42,172 bases of DNA from Candidatus Aminicenantales bacterium (GCA_049515535.1 JBEKTZ010000008.1:62001-104172), one strand, 5' to 3'. Shown: positions 1 to 11,055, numbered from the stretch's first letter. The notes: generated by a model from the letters alone, not told the origin. Made by a program: numbers and translations.

Positions 1-28
1 GGCTTGCGCGTCCGGTCGCTAAACTGCG

Positions 29-181
29 GTGCTCACAACCTACTGGTGGCGACTTCTTCTTTATGGTAATTTTGCATGGTTCATCGCGCTTAGTTTTTTT
101 AACATTGCATGGTTCTTTTTGGGTTCATGGTTTATCCTTGCTGCAATTTATCTAATTCTTAGATACTCAATCCCCAAATAA
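29..181 (+). other. Possible fragment of a hydrophobic membrane-protein gene (polysaccharide polymerase/flippase-like C-terminus?)
   Basis: The frame reads YWWRLLLYGNFAWFIALSFFNIAWFFLGSWFILAAIYLILRYSIPK* ending at TAA 179-181. An in-frame TAA at 20-22 means it is not a simple continuation from outside the window. Confidence 0.25.
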
Positions 182-343
182 TCTCTTATAATCAGTCAAT
201 AAGTCGTGCAAATAAAACGTTAACTTTTACAAAGAAACGACTTTTTTCTTGGTATAAGGTATTTATTGCAAAAAATACACTTCAGTCATTATCGGCGGGT
301 GATAAAGAAATAATAATCATAAAAAGTATAAACTTTCCTACTT

Positions 344-1204
344 TTAGCCTGCCCGAAAATTTTTTCTGTTCTCAATCTTATTAAAAATCGAATACCAATC
401 GACTCCGGGTGAAATTAAGCTGCTCTCCAAATGCGTTCCAATGGCAGGGATAGGCACCCATAAATAATACTTGCGTCCAAAAAATATATTTTTCCAACAA
501 TAATAAATTGCTTTCACATATATTTTAAAATAAAAACCTGAACTAAGAATATTTCGCAGATTTGTCAGTACGTTCAAACCGTTAAACTTAGTAAGCCCAA
601 GCCACATACTGCAGTCATGATTTCCGCGTGAATATGAACGAAATATATGTTGCGTACGTCGCAACACATCTTTTGTCGTTAAAAAAGTCAAGCAGGTAGA
701 ATGTGCCGTTCTCCAATGCAATCCGCAATAAAATGCCATTTTATATGAACCTGTACTATGAAATGGTAAAGTATAATAATCCATATGGTCGTATGGCGAA
801 ACAAAGTCGACATGTTTATTTTTTTTTAAAAAATAAACCGCTTTCTCAAACATGCCCTCCTGATATAAATAATCATCCTCCGCGAAATATACAATTTTAG
901 ATTCAGTTTGTTTAAGGAGGTATTCTATTTGCAGGTTAAAAGTTGCGTAATTTCCAATGCCACCCGAGTGAATAAATTCCAGATCATCCCGACTAAATGA
1001 TTCTAAAAAAATATTTTCATATTCTTTGGGACAATTATCTAAAAATATATACATTTTTGCTTTAAGGTTCCCCAAACTTGATCGAAATGACTTTACACTC
1101 AAACGTACAAGATCAAACTTATTATCGGCGTGAAAAAGGGGCGTTTTTGAGACCGCCGGATACACGCGGTATGCTACGGCAATATCATAATTTGATTTTA
1201 TCAT
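344..1204 (-). CDS. Glycosyltransferase, GT-A/family 2-like
   Basis: 286 aa ORF with the YFAEDDY DxD-like motif and LDNC earlier; a GAGG RBS lies upstream. Markedly AT-rich compared with the rest of the window. Confidence 0.7.
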   Translation of the reverse strand: MIKSNYDIAVAYRVYPAVSKTPLFHADNKFDLVRLSVKSFRSSLGNLKAKMYIFLDNCPKEYENIFLESFSRDDLEFIHSGGIGNYATFNLQIEYLLKQTESKIVYFAEDDYLYQEGMFEKAVYFLKKNKHVDFVSPYDHMDYYTLPFHSTGSYKMAFYCGLHWRTAHSTCLTFLTTKDVLRRTQHIFRSYSRGNHDCSMWLGLTKFNGLNVLTNLRNILSSGFYFKIYVKAIYYCWKNIFFGRKYYLWVPIPAIGTHLESSLISPGVDWYSIFNKIENRKNFRAG

Positions 1205-1462
1205 CCATTAACCTCGTTTTTGTGCAACCGGAGTCATTCCCCTCGATAAAGAAGGTATAATTTTCATTATTAATTTGCTCTTCCAGTTTAAGCATAAGGA
1301 TTTGCTTTTTCGCTCTGCGCGACTTACGCTCCCATTAAGCGGGGGATCGATGCTCCCGATCACGAAAAGGATAATCCCGGACGCGGATCGAGTCAAGAAC
1401 AAGAAATTTACCACGAAAGAGGCCGGCGCGGCTAGGCCCGACGCTTCGGCGTATCGCCGCGA

Positions 1463-3156
<1,694 letters not shown>

Positions 3157-3160
<4 letters not shown>

Positions 3161-4503
3161 GATGCGGCGCCTCTCATGCGCTGGATGACTTTGTCCTTGC
3201 CCAGCAGCTCCATGATTTCGAACAGGCCGGCCCCTTTCGTCTTTCCCGAGATCGCCACGCGGGTCGGGTGGATGATCTCCGCGGCCTTGAGCTTTCGCTC
3301 TTCGGCCAGCCCGCGGCACACGGCCTCGATGGCGTCGCGGCGGAAATCGGCGAGAGGCGCGAGCCGGGCGGCGAATTCCCGGAGGTTCTCGCGGTTTCCC
3401 GGCGGCTCGATAAACTTCTTCCAGGCGTCCTGCTCGATAGCAAAATCGTCCCGGAGGAAAGCGTCGGTGAGGCCGCCGAACTCCCGCAGCGTCTTGATCC
3501 GGACTTTGTAGAGATCGATGAGCCGGACGAGAAAATCGTCCGGGACCGAAGCCAGGTCGAAGCCGTCCCGCCGCAGCTGGGCCTTGAGGAGCGGAAGGAG
3601 TTCGTCCGCCGTCCTCTTCATGATGTATTCGCCGTTCATCCATTTGAGCTTCTGGATGTCGAACTTCGCCTGGACGTCGTTCATGGCCGGGATCTCGAAG
3701 ATTTTCGCCGCCTCGCCGAGCGGCAGGATCTCGACGCCGGTCAAGGGACGATCCTTCGCGGCGGAAGTGGACCCCCGGGCAGAGCCCGGGGCCCCGGCCG
3801 CCGTGGGCGGAGTCCAGCCGAGGAGGATGAGATAATTCGCCAGCGCTTCGGGCAGGAATCCCTCGTTCTTGTATTCCGCGACCGAGACGCCGCCGTGGCG
3901 CTTGGAGAGCTTCGCCCCGTCCGGCCCCAGGATGAGCGGCATGTGGCCGAAACGGGGCGGCGTCAAGCCGAGCGCTTCGTAAAAAAGGACTTGTTTCGGG
4001 GTGTTGGTGATATGGTCGTCGCCGCGGAGGATATGCGTGATGCCGAGGTCCGCGTCATCCACGACGCAGGAAAAATTATAGGCCGGCGATCCGTCGGATT
4101 TGATCAGGACCTGGTCCTTGAAGTTTTCGGTGGCGAACGTGATCCGTCCATGGATCATATCCTCGACGTCGATCGTCCGTCCGGGCTCGATCTTAAAAAT
4201 GACGGCCTCCCCTTCCTTATAGGCTTTTCCCGCGGCCAGCAGCTCTTCGGCCTTTTGCCGGTAGAGGTCGAATCGATCGCTCTGGAAAGTCAACTCGCCG
4301 TCCCAATCGAGTCCGAGCCACTTCAGGTCTTCCAGGATTTCCTCGAGAAATTTGACGTCTGAACGGACCCGGTCCGTGTCTTCGATCCGCAAGAGGAAGC
4401 GGCCGCCGGAGTGCCTGGCGACAAGCCAATTGAAGAGGGCCGTCCGGGCGCTGCCGAGATGCAGAAAACCGGTCGGGCTCGGGGCGAAACGGACGGTGAT
4501 CAT
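3157..4503 (-). CDS. gltX: Glutamate--tRNA ligase, with an in-frame repeat insertion
   Basis: [29 protein letters not shown] and KLSKR motifs plus a C-terminal anticodon-binding region. Start is MITVRF at 4503. Confidence 0.96.
3741..3806 (+). repeat. 66 bp palindromic repeat, copy A (in frame within gltX)
   Basis: TCAAGGGACGATCCTTCGCGGCGGAAGTGGACCCCCGGGCAGAGCCCGGGGCCCCGGCCGCCGTGG; near-identical to 29902-29967, 39682-39747 and 11210-11314 (minus strand). Confidence 0.95.
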
Positions 4504-4635
4504 GGGCGGCTCTTTGTTCCTTGACAAGTTTTTATATCACAGCCTCTCCCTGAGGGTCAATTCGCGGTCCTTTTCCGAATCGGAGATTCGCCCGGCGGCG
4601 GAGGGGAGGTCTCCGGTCCGCGCGGGCGCCGGCTA

Positions 4636-4644
4636 TGGTATAAT
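4636..4644 (+). promoter_or_regulatory. Extended -10 promoter (TGGTATAAT), probably giving a leaderless or very short-leader GNAT mRNA
   Basis: TATAAT at 4639-4644 lies 8 nt before ATG 4653; no SD is evident. Confidence 0.55.
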
Positions 4645-4652
4645 CAACGCTT

Positions 4653-5060
4653 ATGAAAATTCGAAAAGCCCGCGCCGAGGACCGGCGCCGGATCTATGAT
4701 CTGGCCGAATCCCTGGGCCTGGATTATCCGGGAATGGAAGACGATGAGGCTTGGATCGCGGAAGAGGGGGGCCATATCGCCGGCATCGTCGCCTTGAAAA
4801 CATACGCCGATTGCGACGAGCTCGTTTCCTTGGGCGTCGATCCGGAATATCGCGACAAGGGACTGGGCCGGCGGCTCGTCCGAGCGCTGTTGGAAGAGGC
4901 TCCGGGCGACGTTTTTTTAGCGACCGTGATCCCGGATTTTTTTGAGCGCTGCGGATTCAAGGAAGTTTCCTCTTCCCCGGCCGGCATGACCAAGGACCCG
5001 GTCTGGTGCGAAGGCTGCCCCAAGGAACGCTGCACAATCATGGTCAGGACGGCCCGATGA
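4653..5060 (+). CDS. GNAT N-acetyltransferase (short ArgA-like)
   Basis: Acetyl-CoA-binding motif VDPEYRDKGLGRRLV and FFERCGF; Cys-rich C-terminus WCEGCPKERC. Confidence 0.8.
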   Translation: MKIRKARAEDRRRIYDLAESLGLDYPGMEDDEAWIAEEGGHIAGIVALKTYADCDELVSLGVDPEYRDKGLGRRLVRALLEEAPGDVFLATVIPDFFERCGFKEVSSSPAGMTKDPVWCEGCPKERCTIMVRTAR

Positions 5061-5926
5061 CGATTCCCCGCTTTCCCGAATTCAAGGCCATCGAACTCGA
5101 GGACCGGGATATCATCCAGAGGGCCATGGATCTCTTTCCATCCGAGGTCTGCGAACTGAACTTCGGCAACACCTTCATCTGGCGGAATTTCGATCATCCG
5201 AAGGCAACCTTTATCCGCGACAACCTCTGTCTTTTTTGCGAGCCGCCCGACGAGCCGGCCTATTTTCTTCAGCCGATGGGCGCCCGGGAGATCCCGGAGA
5301 CCCTCCGGGACTGCCTGGCCTTCGCCCCACGCCTGTCGCGGATCCCGGCCGCGTTCGCCGCCCGGTTTTGCCCGGGATTCCGCTGCGCCCCGGATCGGAA
5401 CAATTTCGATTATGTCTATCGATCGCAGGACCTGATCGAGCTCAAAGGAAAAAAATTCGACGGCAAGCGCAACCGGATCAGCAAATTCACGCGCGAAAAC
5501 GAGTTCCGCTATCTCAAGCTGTCGCCCGAACATCTCGAAGCCTGTCGCCGCCTGTTCGAGGAATGGATGGAAGAGAAGGCCGTGAACGGTTCGATGATCT
5601 CCGCCCAAAAGGACGCCATCGAACAGGCCTTGACTCATTTCGCCGCGCTCGGGCTCGCCGGCAGCGCGATCGAAGTGGGAGGCAAGGTCGAGGCGTTTTC
5701 CATCGGAGAGAAACTCAACCGCGAGACGGCCGTCATCCACATCGAAATCGTCAACCCCCGTTACGAAGGCCTTTCCCAGCTGCTGAACCGCGAGTCCATC
5801 AAAAACGAATGGAGCGGCTTCCCCTTCATCAACCGGGAGCAGGATATGGGAATCCCCGGTCTTCGCCGGGCCAAGATGTCCTACCACCCCGATCATCTCG
5901 TCGAAAAATCCGTCATCCTGGCCTAA
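5057..5926 (+). CDS. DUF2156 / phosphatidylglycerol lysyltransferase C-terminal-like protein
   Basis: DRNNFDYVY..DL..LKGKKFDGKRN and INREQDMGIPGLRRAKMSYHP motifs typical of the family; ATGA overlap with the GNAT gene. Confidence 0.8.
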   Translation: MTIPRFPEFKAIELEDRDIIQRAMDLFPSEVCELNFGNTFIWRNFDHPKATFIRDNLCLFCEPPDEPAYFLQPMGAREIPETLRDCLAFAPRLSRIPAAFAARFCPGFRCAPDRNNFDYVYRSQDLIELKGKKFDGKRNRISKFTRENEFRYLKLSPEHLEACRRLFEEWMEEKAVNGSMISAQKDAIEQALTHFAALGLAGSAIEVGGKVEAFSIGEKLNRETAVIHIEIVNPRYEGLSQLLNRESIKNEWSGFPFINREQDMGIPGLRRAKMSYHPDHLVEKSVILA

Positions 5927-5964
5927 TCGCGGCTCCATCCGCGGAAAGCGCGGCCGGCGCGGGT

Positions 5965-7491
5965 CTAGCTCGACGTCTCCAGAATCAAGTCGGCCGCGCG
6001 GCTTCCGGTGTAAAGAGCGGTCGGGACCCCGCCGAGGAAGAGCTCTTTGGCGGCATAGATGCCCGCCATGAAGAGATTCTCGACCGGCGTTTCGACGAGT
6101 AGGGTCCCCGGCAGCCGCGCCGCCGGATCGGCGGCCCACGTCCATCCGGCGAGCGATCCTTCGGTCCGCTGTCCCCAGTCCCGATACGTCAACGGAGTGG
6201 CGACGTCCATGACTTCGATCGAGGACGACAGGCCGGGCAGGATATTTTCGACGGTCCGGATGAGCTTCCGGGCCAGCCCGTTTTTGTTCTCTCGATAGCC
6301 GTCCTTCCTCATTTTCTCCCCGGTTCTCCAGGCGGCCATTTCGGCGTAGGGACAATCCGCGCGCAGGACGAGCGATGCCCGTCCGGCCGGGACGGCGTCG
6401 GCGGCGATGTCCGACCACCGGCAAATCTCGATCTCCCGATTGTCGAAATCATCGACCGAAGAGCCGGCCGCGGGCCGCTCATCCCGGCGATAAAAAAGAT
6501 GCTCCGCCTTCATCCGGGAGAAATCGACGCGGGCCGGATCGATCCCCAGATAGACGCAGATCTCGGATCCGGAATAAGGGACGCCGCGAACGGCTTCGAG
6601 ATGGCCCGGCGGGACATGGGCCGGATCGATCATCTCCAAAAACGTTTTTTTGTAATCGGCATTGGAAATGACCCGGCGGGCCTCGAAGACATCTCCGGCG
6701 ACCGTTCTCACTCCGGTCGCCCGGCCGTGACTAACGATGATTTCCTCGACGGGGACCGAAATCCTGATCTCGCCGCCGGCGAAAGAGACCGCGGCGGCCA
6801 GCATCCGGCAAAGGCCGTGGATCCCGTTGGCCGGAAACCAGATGCCTTTGTCGGACATGACCCTCCACATGAAGGCCAGGTTCAGCATGGACATTTTGGG
6901 AGGCGTGGTTCCCTGTGAGCCGAGGAAGTTCCTCAGGCGCGGATCGCCGATGAGCCGGCCGAGATAATCGGCGGAAGATAAAGCTGCCCATTTTTCAATC
7001 CGCTCCTTAAGGTCTGATGTCTTCCCGCCCCAGGGGAGATCTTCGCTCGCCGGCTTGGTTCTCGAAAGAAAATCCGGATGCCGGCGATCGATGTCCTCCA
7101 GGTTCCGGATCAGACCGCCAAGATCGGTGAGGAAGCTGCTCAGGCCAAGCGCCTCATCCGGAAAGGCGTCCCGGAGTTCGGCTTGCAGGATCGCGAGCGG
7201 CCGCGAATAAATAATATCCAGAAACGGCGTCAGGAGCTGGAAATGATTCCTTTTGAAATCGAGCTCGGTCTCGATACCGACTTCCCCAAAGAACGACTTC
7301 ACCCGTTCCGGATGGCTGAAGGACAGCGGCCCCATGGGAAAATAATAGCCGCCGCGCCGGAAAATATAACTCGTTCCCCCCACATGCGGATTTTTTTCGA
7401 GGACCAGGACGCTCCGTCCGGCCCGGGCGATCTTCGCGGCCGAGAACAAACCGCCGAGGCCCGCCCCGACGATGAGAGCGTCATAGATCAT
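5965..7491 (-). CDS. NAD(P)/FAD-dependent oxidoreductase, phytoene desaturase family
   Basis: N-terminal IVGAGLGGL..LEKN..GG Rossmann motif, ATPLTY, and C-terminal VENLFMAG..GGVP. Confidence 0.85.
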   Translation of the reverse strand: MIYDALIVGAGLGGLFSAAKIARAGRSVLVLEKNPHVGGTSYIFRRGGYYFPMGPLSFSHPERVKSFFGEVGIETELDFKRNHFQLLTPFLDIIYSRPLAILQAELRDAFPDEALGLSSFLTDLGGLIRNLEDIDRRHPDFLSRTKPASEDLPWGGKTSDLKERIEKWAALSSADYLGRLIGDPRLRNFLGSQGTTPPKMSMLNLAFMWRVMSDKGIWFPANGIHGLCRMLAAAVSFAGGEIRISVPVEEIIVSHGRATGVRTVAGDVFEARRVISNADYKKTFLEMIDPAHVPPGHLEAVRGVPYSGSEICVYLGIDPARVDFSRMKAEHLFYRRDERPAAGSSVDDFDNREIEICRWSDIAADAVPAGRASLVLRADCPYAEMAAWRTGEKMRKDGYRENKNGLARKLIRTVENILPGLSSSIEVMDVATPLTYRDWGQRTEGSLAGWTWAADPAARLPGTLLVETPVENLFMAGIYAAKELFLGGVPTALYTGSRAADLILETSS

Positions 7492-7534
7492 GCCCTGAAG
7501 CTATCATGTTTTCGTCAAGGATGACAAACCATTT

Positions 7535-8887
7535 CTATTCCCGCAGCCGCTCGACCATTCGGGTGTACTGGCCGGCATCGAACTTGCGCAGGAGACCCCG
7601 ATCATTCATGTAGCGGATGCTCCCGAAGATCGCTCTTTCCCGCCAGGGCCGGTCATGTTTGCCGAAACACCAGGCGACGCCCGTGAAACCGTTCGGGTCC
7701 CGTCCGTCGAGTTCATATTTGTTGTTGAGGGCGAGAGCGCCGCGAAAGGCCTCCTCCGGCGTCCGGCTCCACTCGATGATCTTCTTGCCCCAGTACATCC
7801 GCATATAGCCGTGCATTTTGCCCGTGGCGATCATTTCGATCTGCGCCGCGTTCCAATAAGGGTCGTGAGTTTCGGCCGACTCCAGCTCGGCGAATGAATA
7901 GAGGAACGGCCGCGGGTCGCTTTGATGAGCGGCGAGCGTTTTTCGCGCCCAGGCCGGGATCCCCTCAAAGGCGTCATAGAGCGCGTTATAATGGACATAA
8001 TTCAAACTCAATTCCCGGCGAACGACGAGCTCTTCGAGAAAATCCTCTTTCCCCGGGCTCTCCGATTCCATGACTTTGAGGGCGATAAATAACGGAGAGA
8101 TCTGGCCGAAATGCAAATACGGGCTCAGGTGAGAGAGATAATCCAAGGTCGGATTGTTGCGCAAGTCGCGGAAATGGTCGAGCTTGTCTTTGAGGAAGAT
8201 CCGCAAATGCTTTTTGGCCTGGTCGATTCCTCCCGTATAAAAATCCGTTTTTCTCACGCTCGTGTCGAGGCGCAGGCGGCCGAGAACGCGCGAGATGTTG
8301 CTCAAATCCAGGGATTCGAGATCCAGGCCCAGGGAGTCCTTGGCCGGCCGACGCTCTTTCAATTCGATCAAATAGTCCGGGAGCTTTTTCCGGATTTTCG
8401 GCCGAAGCGTCGCGGCCGCGTATTCTTCTTTGGGAGACGCCTCCTCGATCGGCACGACGGCGTCGCTTTCGACCTGGACGAAGGGACAGGTCAAGGCAGC
8501 GGCCGCTTTGTCCCTCCACTCCTTCTGGATTCTCAAATAGCCCCTGTCCGTCACCACGAGAGAAGCCCGCTTGGACAACTCCACGACGCCGCGCTCGGGT
8601 GAGATCTTCCGGACGACGAAACGAATGCCTTCCTTTTCGAGCTTCAGCCCCAGATCGGACAACCCTTCGAGCATGAACGCGTAATGCCGTTCATTGGCTT
8701 CCGGAAAATCGTCGGTGAGGCCGAAAAAAACGACCACGGGCAGGCGCAGCTCGTCGGCCCGGCGAACGGCATATTCCAGAGCATGGTTGCATTCAACGCG
8801 TTGCGACGCCTGCATCCAGTAGAGAACGAAATCGCCCTTTTTAACGTCCCTGACGTTCAGGGCTTTGATCCGGGACTGTTGAATCAT
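7535..8887 (-). CDS. phr: Class II CPD deoxyribodipyrimidine photolyase
   Basis: VLYWMQ..QR...NHAL, SHLSPYLHFGQIS, THDPYWNAAQ, GKMHGYMRMYWGKKI and DGRDPNG motifs. Confidence 0.93.
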   Translation of the reverse strand: MIQQSRIKALNVRDVKKGDFVLYWMQASQRVECNHALEYAVRRADELRLPVVVFFGLTDDFPEANERHYAFMLEGLSDLGLKLEKEGIRFVVRKISPERGVVELSKRASLVVTDRGYLRIQKEWRDKAAAALTCPFVQVESDAVVPIEEASPKEEYAAATLRPKIRKKLPDYLIELKERRPAKDSLGLDLESLDLSNISRVLGRLRLDTSVRKTDFYTGGIDQAKKHLRIFLKDKLDHFRDLRNNPTLDYLSHLSPYLHFGQISPLFIALKVMESESPGKEDFLEELVVRRELSLNYVHYNALYDAFEGIPAWARKTLAAHQSDPRPFLYSFAELESAETHDPYWNAAQIEMIATGKMHGYMRMYWGKKIIEWSRTPEEAFRGALALNNKYELDGRDPNGFTGVAWCFGKHDRPWRERAIFGSIRYMNDRGLLRKFDAGQYTRMVERLRE

Positions 8888-8996
8888 ATCGGTTGTCCTT
8901 CAAAATTATAACGGATCGATCGCGATATCGCCATCTGCGACTCATCCGGCGTTCGCGACCGCTAAAAAAACGATTCCCATCCTGTCCGATCCCGCT

Positions 8997-9512
8997 TCAT
9001 TTCAGCAGATGACCCATGATCTCCTCGATTTGAGCAGATCCGAGCGGAAGCGAGTAGCATTTGAGCGACTGCGTTTCCTCGTCGAAAAGCAGGATCACGA
9101 AGCTCGCCTTTGAAAAGCCCGAGAAAAAACGGCTGTCATCCATGACCGCTGAAAACCGGATATCGTTGGCCTGCCGGAAACCCAGCCATTTTTTTTGAAC
9201 GATGAGCCGCCTTCGTCCGGCGAGCTCGCCCGCCTCGGGCGCGCGGGAAACCAAGATTCCTTGGACTCGTTCTTCTTGGACGACGGCCGGAAGGGCGCGG
9301 CAAAAATCCAGGAGCGGCTGCAGGCAGGGTGGACAGAAAAAGCTTTCGATATCCATGATGACCCAACAGCTTTTCCGGCCAACTCCGGATGAAGCGGGGG
9401 CGGCGGCGCCGCTTGCCGCCCATAAGGGGAAGAAGGAAAGAACACCCGCCATGACGAATCCCCCGAGAATCCCGGGGACGGCGCCGAAATGACGGAGTCT
9501 TCGCTCACTCAT
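8997..9512 (-). CDS. Thioredoxin-fold-like exported or membrane-anchored protein with a CPPC motif
   Basis: N-terminal hydrophobic segment, then a beta-strand WVIMD followed by FFCPPC; its start overlaps the end of the upstream propeller gene. Confidence 0.6.
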   Translation of the reverse strand: MSERRLRHFGAVPGILGGFVMAGVLSFFPLWAASGAAAPASSGVGRKSCWVIMDIESFFCPPCLQPLLDFCRALPAVVQEERVQGILVSRAPEAGELAGRRRLIVQKKWLGFRQANDIRFSAVMDDSRFFSGFSKASFVILLFDEETQSLKCYSLPLGSAQIEEIMGHLLK

Positions 9513-10464
9513 AGACGATCCGATACTTCTTCAAGGTGATGCCGTCGTCGCCCCGCGCATAGAGAAAATGAGCGCGGTCGATGTACAGACAATGGCTGGT
9601 GTCGGGAAGCGTACACGTGGTGAGCAGTTCTCCGTCCTGGCTCAAGACGAATACGTCCCGGCTCGGGTTCTTCGCCAGCCGCCCGCCCAGGACGAACACG
9701 TGGCCGCGGCCGTCCAAAGCGATGCCCTTGAGACAGGTCTCTCCGGGCAGGACGAACGAGGCGATCTTTTTCGTCCCGGTTTTCTTCCCGCCCAATAATT
9801 TCGCGCCCCAAAGCCGTTTTCCTTCCACCGTCCATTTCTCCACGCGATCCTGGAACAGATACGCAAGATAGAAATGTCCGCGACCGTCGGGAACGAAACT
9901 GATCGAGTCCATCAACGGGCCCGACCCTTTATCCGCATAGGCGAGTTCGGAGAGAAGTTTTCCTTCGCCGTTCAAGATAAGGATCCTGCCGGGTTCTTGA
10001 AATCCCAAAACCGACACGGCCACCCGGCCGTCGCCGAGGGCCTTCAGATGCTCGATCAGCGACGGGCAAGGGATCATTCTCTTAAATTCCAAATTCCGGT
10101 CGAAGACGAATATGGCGGCGATATTCTGGTCGGTGGCATAAAGCGAGTCCCCCGAGCCATCGAGGAGCCGGGGCGCCATGAATTCTCCCGGCCCCTGTCC
10201 CTTGCCTCCGGTTTTTTTGAGGAGCTTCCCCCGGACGTCGAATTTCTTGAGCGAATAGTCCATGGCGTCGAGGACATAAATGAATCCCTCGTCGTCCGCG
10301 GCCACGCCGGTCCATTGAAAAAGGGTCTCCTCGTTGAGCCCTCCGATCGACAGGACTTCTTCGAGCACGATGTGTCTGAGCCTGTCCGAACCGCGAGCTG
10401 CCGGCGTCCCCGCCAAAGCTGCCGCGACGACGACGGCGCCGACGAACAAGGTCCGCAGTTTCAT
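9505..10464 (-). CDS. Secreted 6-bladed (NHL-like) beta-propeller protein
   Basis: Signal peptide MKLRTLFVGAVVVAAALAG; repeats VAADDEGFIYVLD, GGKGQGPGEF and IALDGRGHVFVL; RBS AGGGGAG before ATG 10464. Confidence 0.85.
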   Translation of the reverse strand: MKLRTLFVGAVVVAAALAGTPAARGSDRLRHIVLEEVLSIGGLNEETLFQWTGVAADDEGFIYVLDAMDYSLKKFDVRGKLLKKTGGKGQGPGEFMAPRLLDGSGDSLYATDQNIAAIFVFDRNLEFKRMIPCPSLIEHLKALGDGRVAVSVLGFQEPGRILILNGEGKLLSELAYADKGSGPLMDSISFVPDGRGHFYLAYLFQDRVEKWTVEGKRLWGAKLLGGKKTGTKKIASFVLPGETCLKGIALDGRGHVFVLGGRLAKNPSRDVFVLSQDGELLTTCTLPDTSHCLYIDRAHFLYARGDDGITLKKYRIVYE

Positions 10465-10526
10465 GCTTCGATCTCCCCTTTGAAGAGACGCTCGAGATTT
10501 CGCATTTTCTCGAAGCGGCGCCATGA

Positions 10527-10739
10527 TCAGGCCGGATCGATGTATTTTTTGCAGAACCCGTATCCGACCAGGCAATAAAGCGTGCCGTAAGCGGCCCAGG
10601 AAGAGATCATCGGATCGTTGAGGCAGTCGAAGAAAGCTCTCTCGCAGATATTGGAAGGAATGTCTTCCGCCCGAAGGCCGAGGGCAAGCCCCGACAGAAG
10701 GAGAAGAATAAGGATAAAAACGCCGGCTGTTTTGTACAT
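10527..10739 (-). CDS. Small secreted twin-CX6C peptide, paralog 2 (70 aa)
   Basis: MYKTAGVFILILLLLSGLALGLRA|EDIPSNICERAFFDCLNDPMISSWAAYGTLYCLVGYGFCKKYIDPA; RBS GAGGTG overlaps the stop of paralog 1. Confidence 0.85.
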   Translation of the reverse strand: MYKTAGVFILILLLLSGLALGLRAEDIPSNICERAFFDCLNDPMISSWAAYGTLYCLVGYGFCKKYIDPA

Positions 10740-10749
10740 GGCATTCACC

Positions 10750-11010
10750 TCAAACGTATCGTTCGACATAGCGTTCGCAAAAGCTGTAACCGATCAGGCA
10801 GAAGCTCAGGTATAAGGGAAACCCGTAGCTTGGCGAAAAAAAACCGGCGACGATGGCATCGCCCAGACACTTGAGCACGATTCTCTCGCAAAAATTACTG
10901 TCGCTTCCGTCATCCGCGCGGCATGGCGCCGAAAGCAGAAGGCCCGCCAGTGAAACGATGAGGACCGCCCCTATAGCCCGTCCCCAAAAAGACCCTACGA
11001 ATGTGTTCAT
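10750..11010 (-). CDS. Small secreted twin-CX6C peptide, paralog 1 (86 aa)
   Basis: MNTFVGSFWGRAIGAVLIVSLAGLLLSAPCRA|DDGSDSNFCERIVLKCLGDAIVAGFFSPSYGFPLYLSFCLIGYSFCERYVERYV; RBS AAGGAG before ATG 11010; clear similarity to the adjacent peptide. Confidence 0.85.
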   Translation of the reverse strand: MNTFVGSFWGRAIGAVLIVSLAGLLLSAPCRADDGSDSNFCERIVLKCLGDAIVAGFFSPSYGFPLYLSFCLIGYSFCERYVERYV

Positions 11011-11038
11011 TGAAAATCTCCTTTCGGTTCGTGTTAAT

Positions 11039-11055
11039 AGCAACAACCGTGCCAA
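11039..11055 (-). promoter_or_regulatory. Sigma54 (-24/-12) promoter of the peptide operon
   Basis: The minus strand reads TTGGCACGGTTGTTGCT, matching TGGCAC-N5-TTGCW. The predicted start site near 11028 is just upstream of the RBS and ATG 11010. Confidence 0.8.

Noticed and set aside
3161..3643. 161 aa N-terminal extension of the glnS ORF call
   Set aside because: It overlaps gltX in another frame and is Arg/Pro-rich junk; the real start is ATG 3160.
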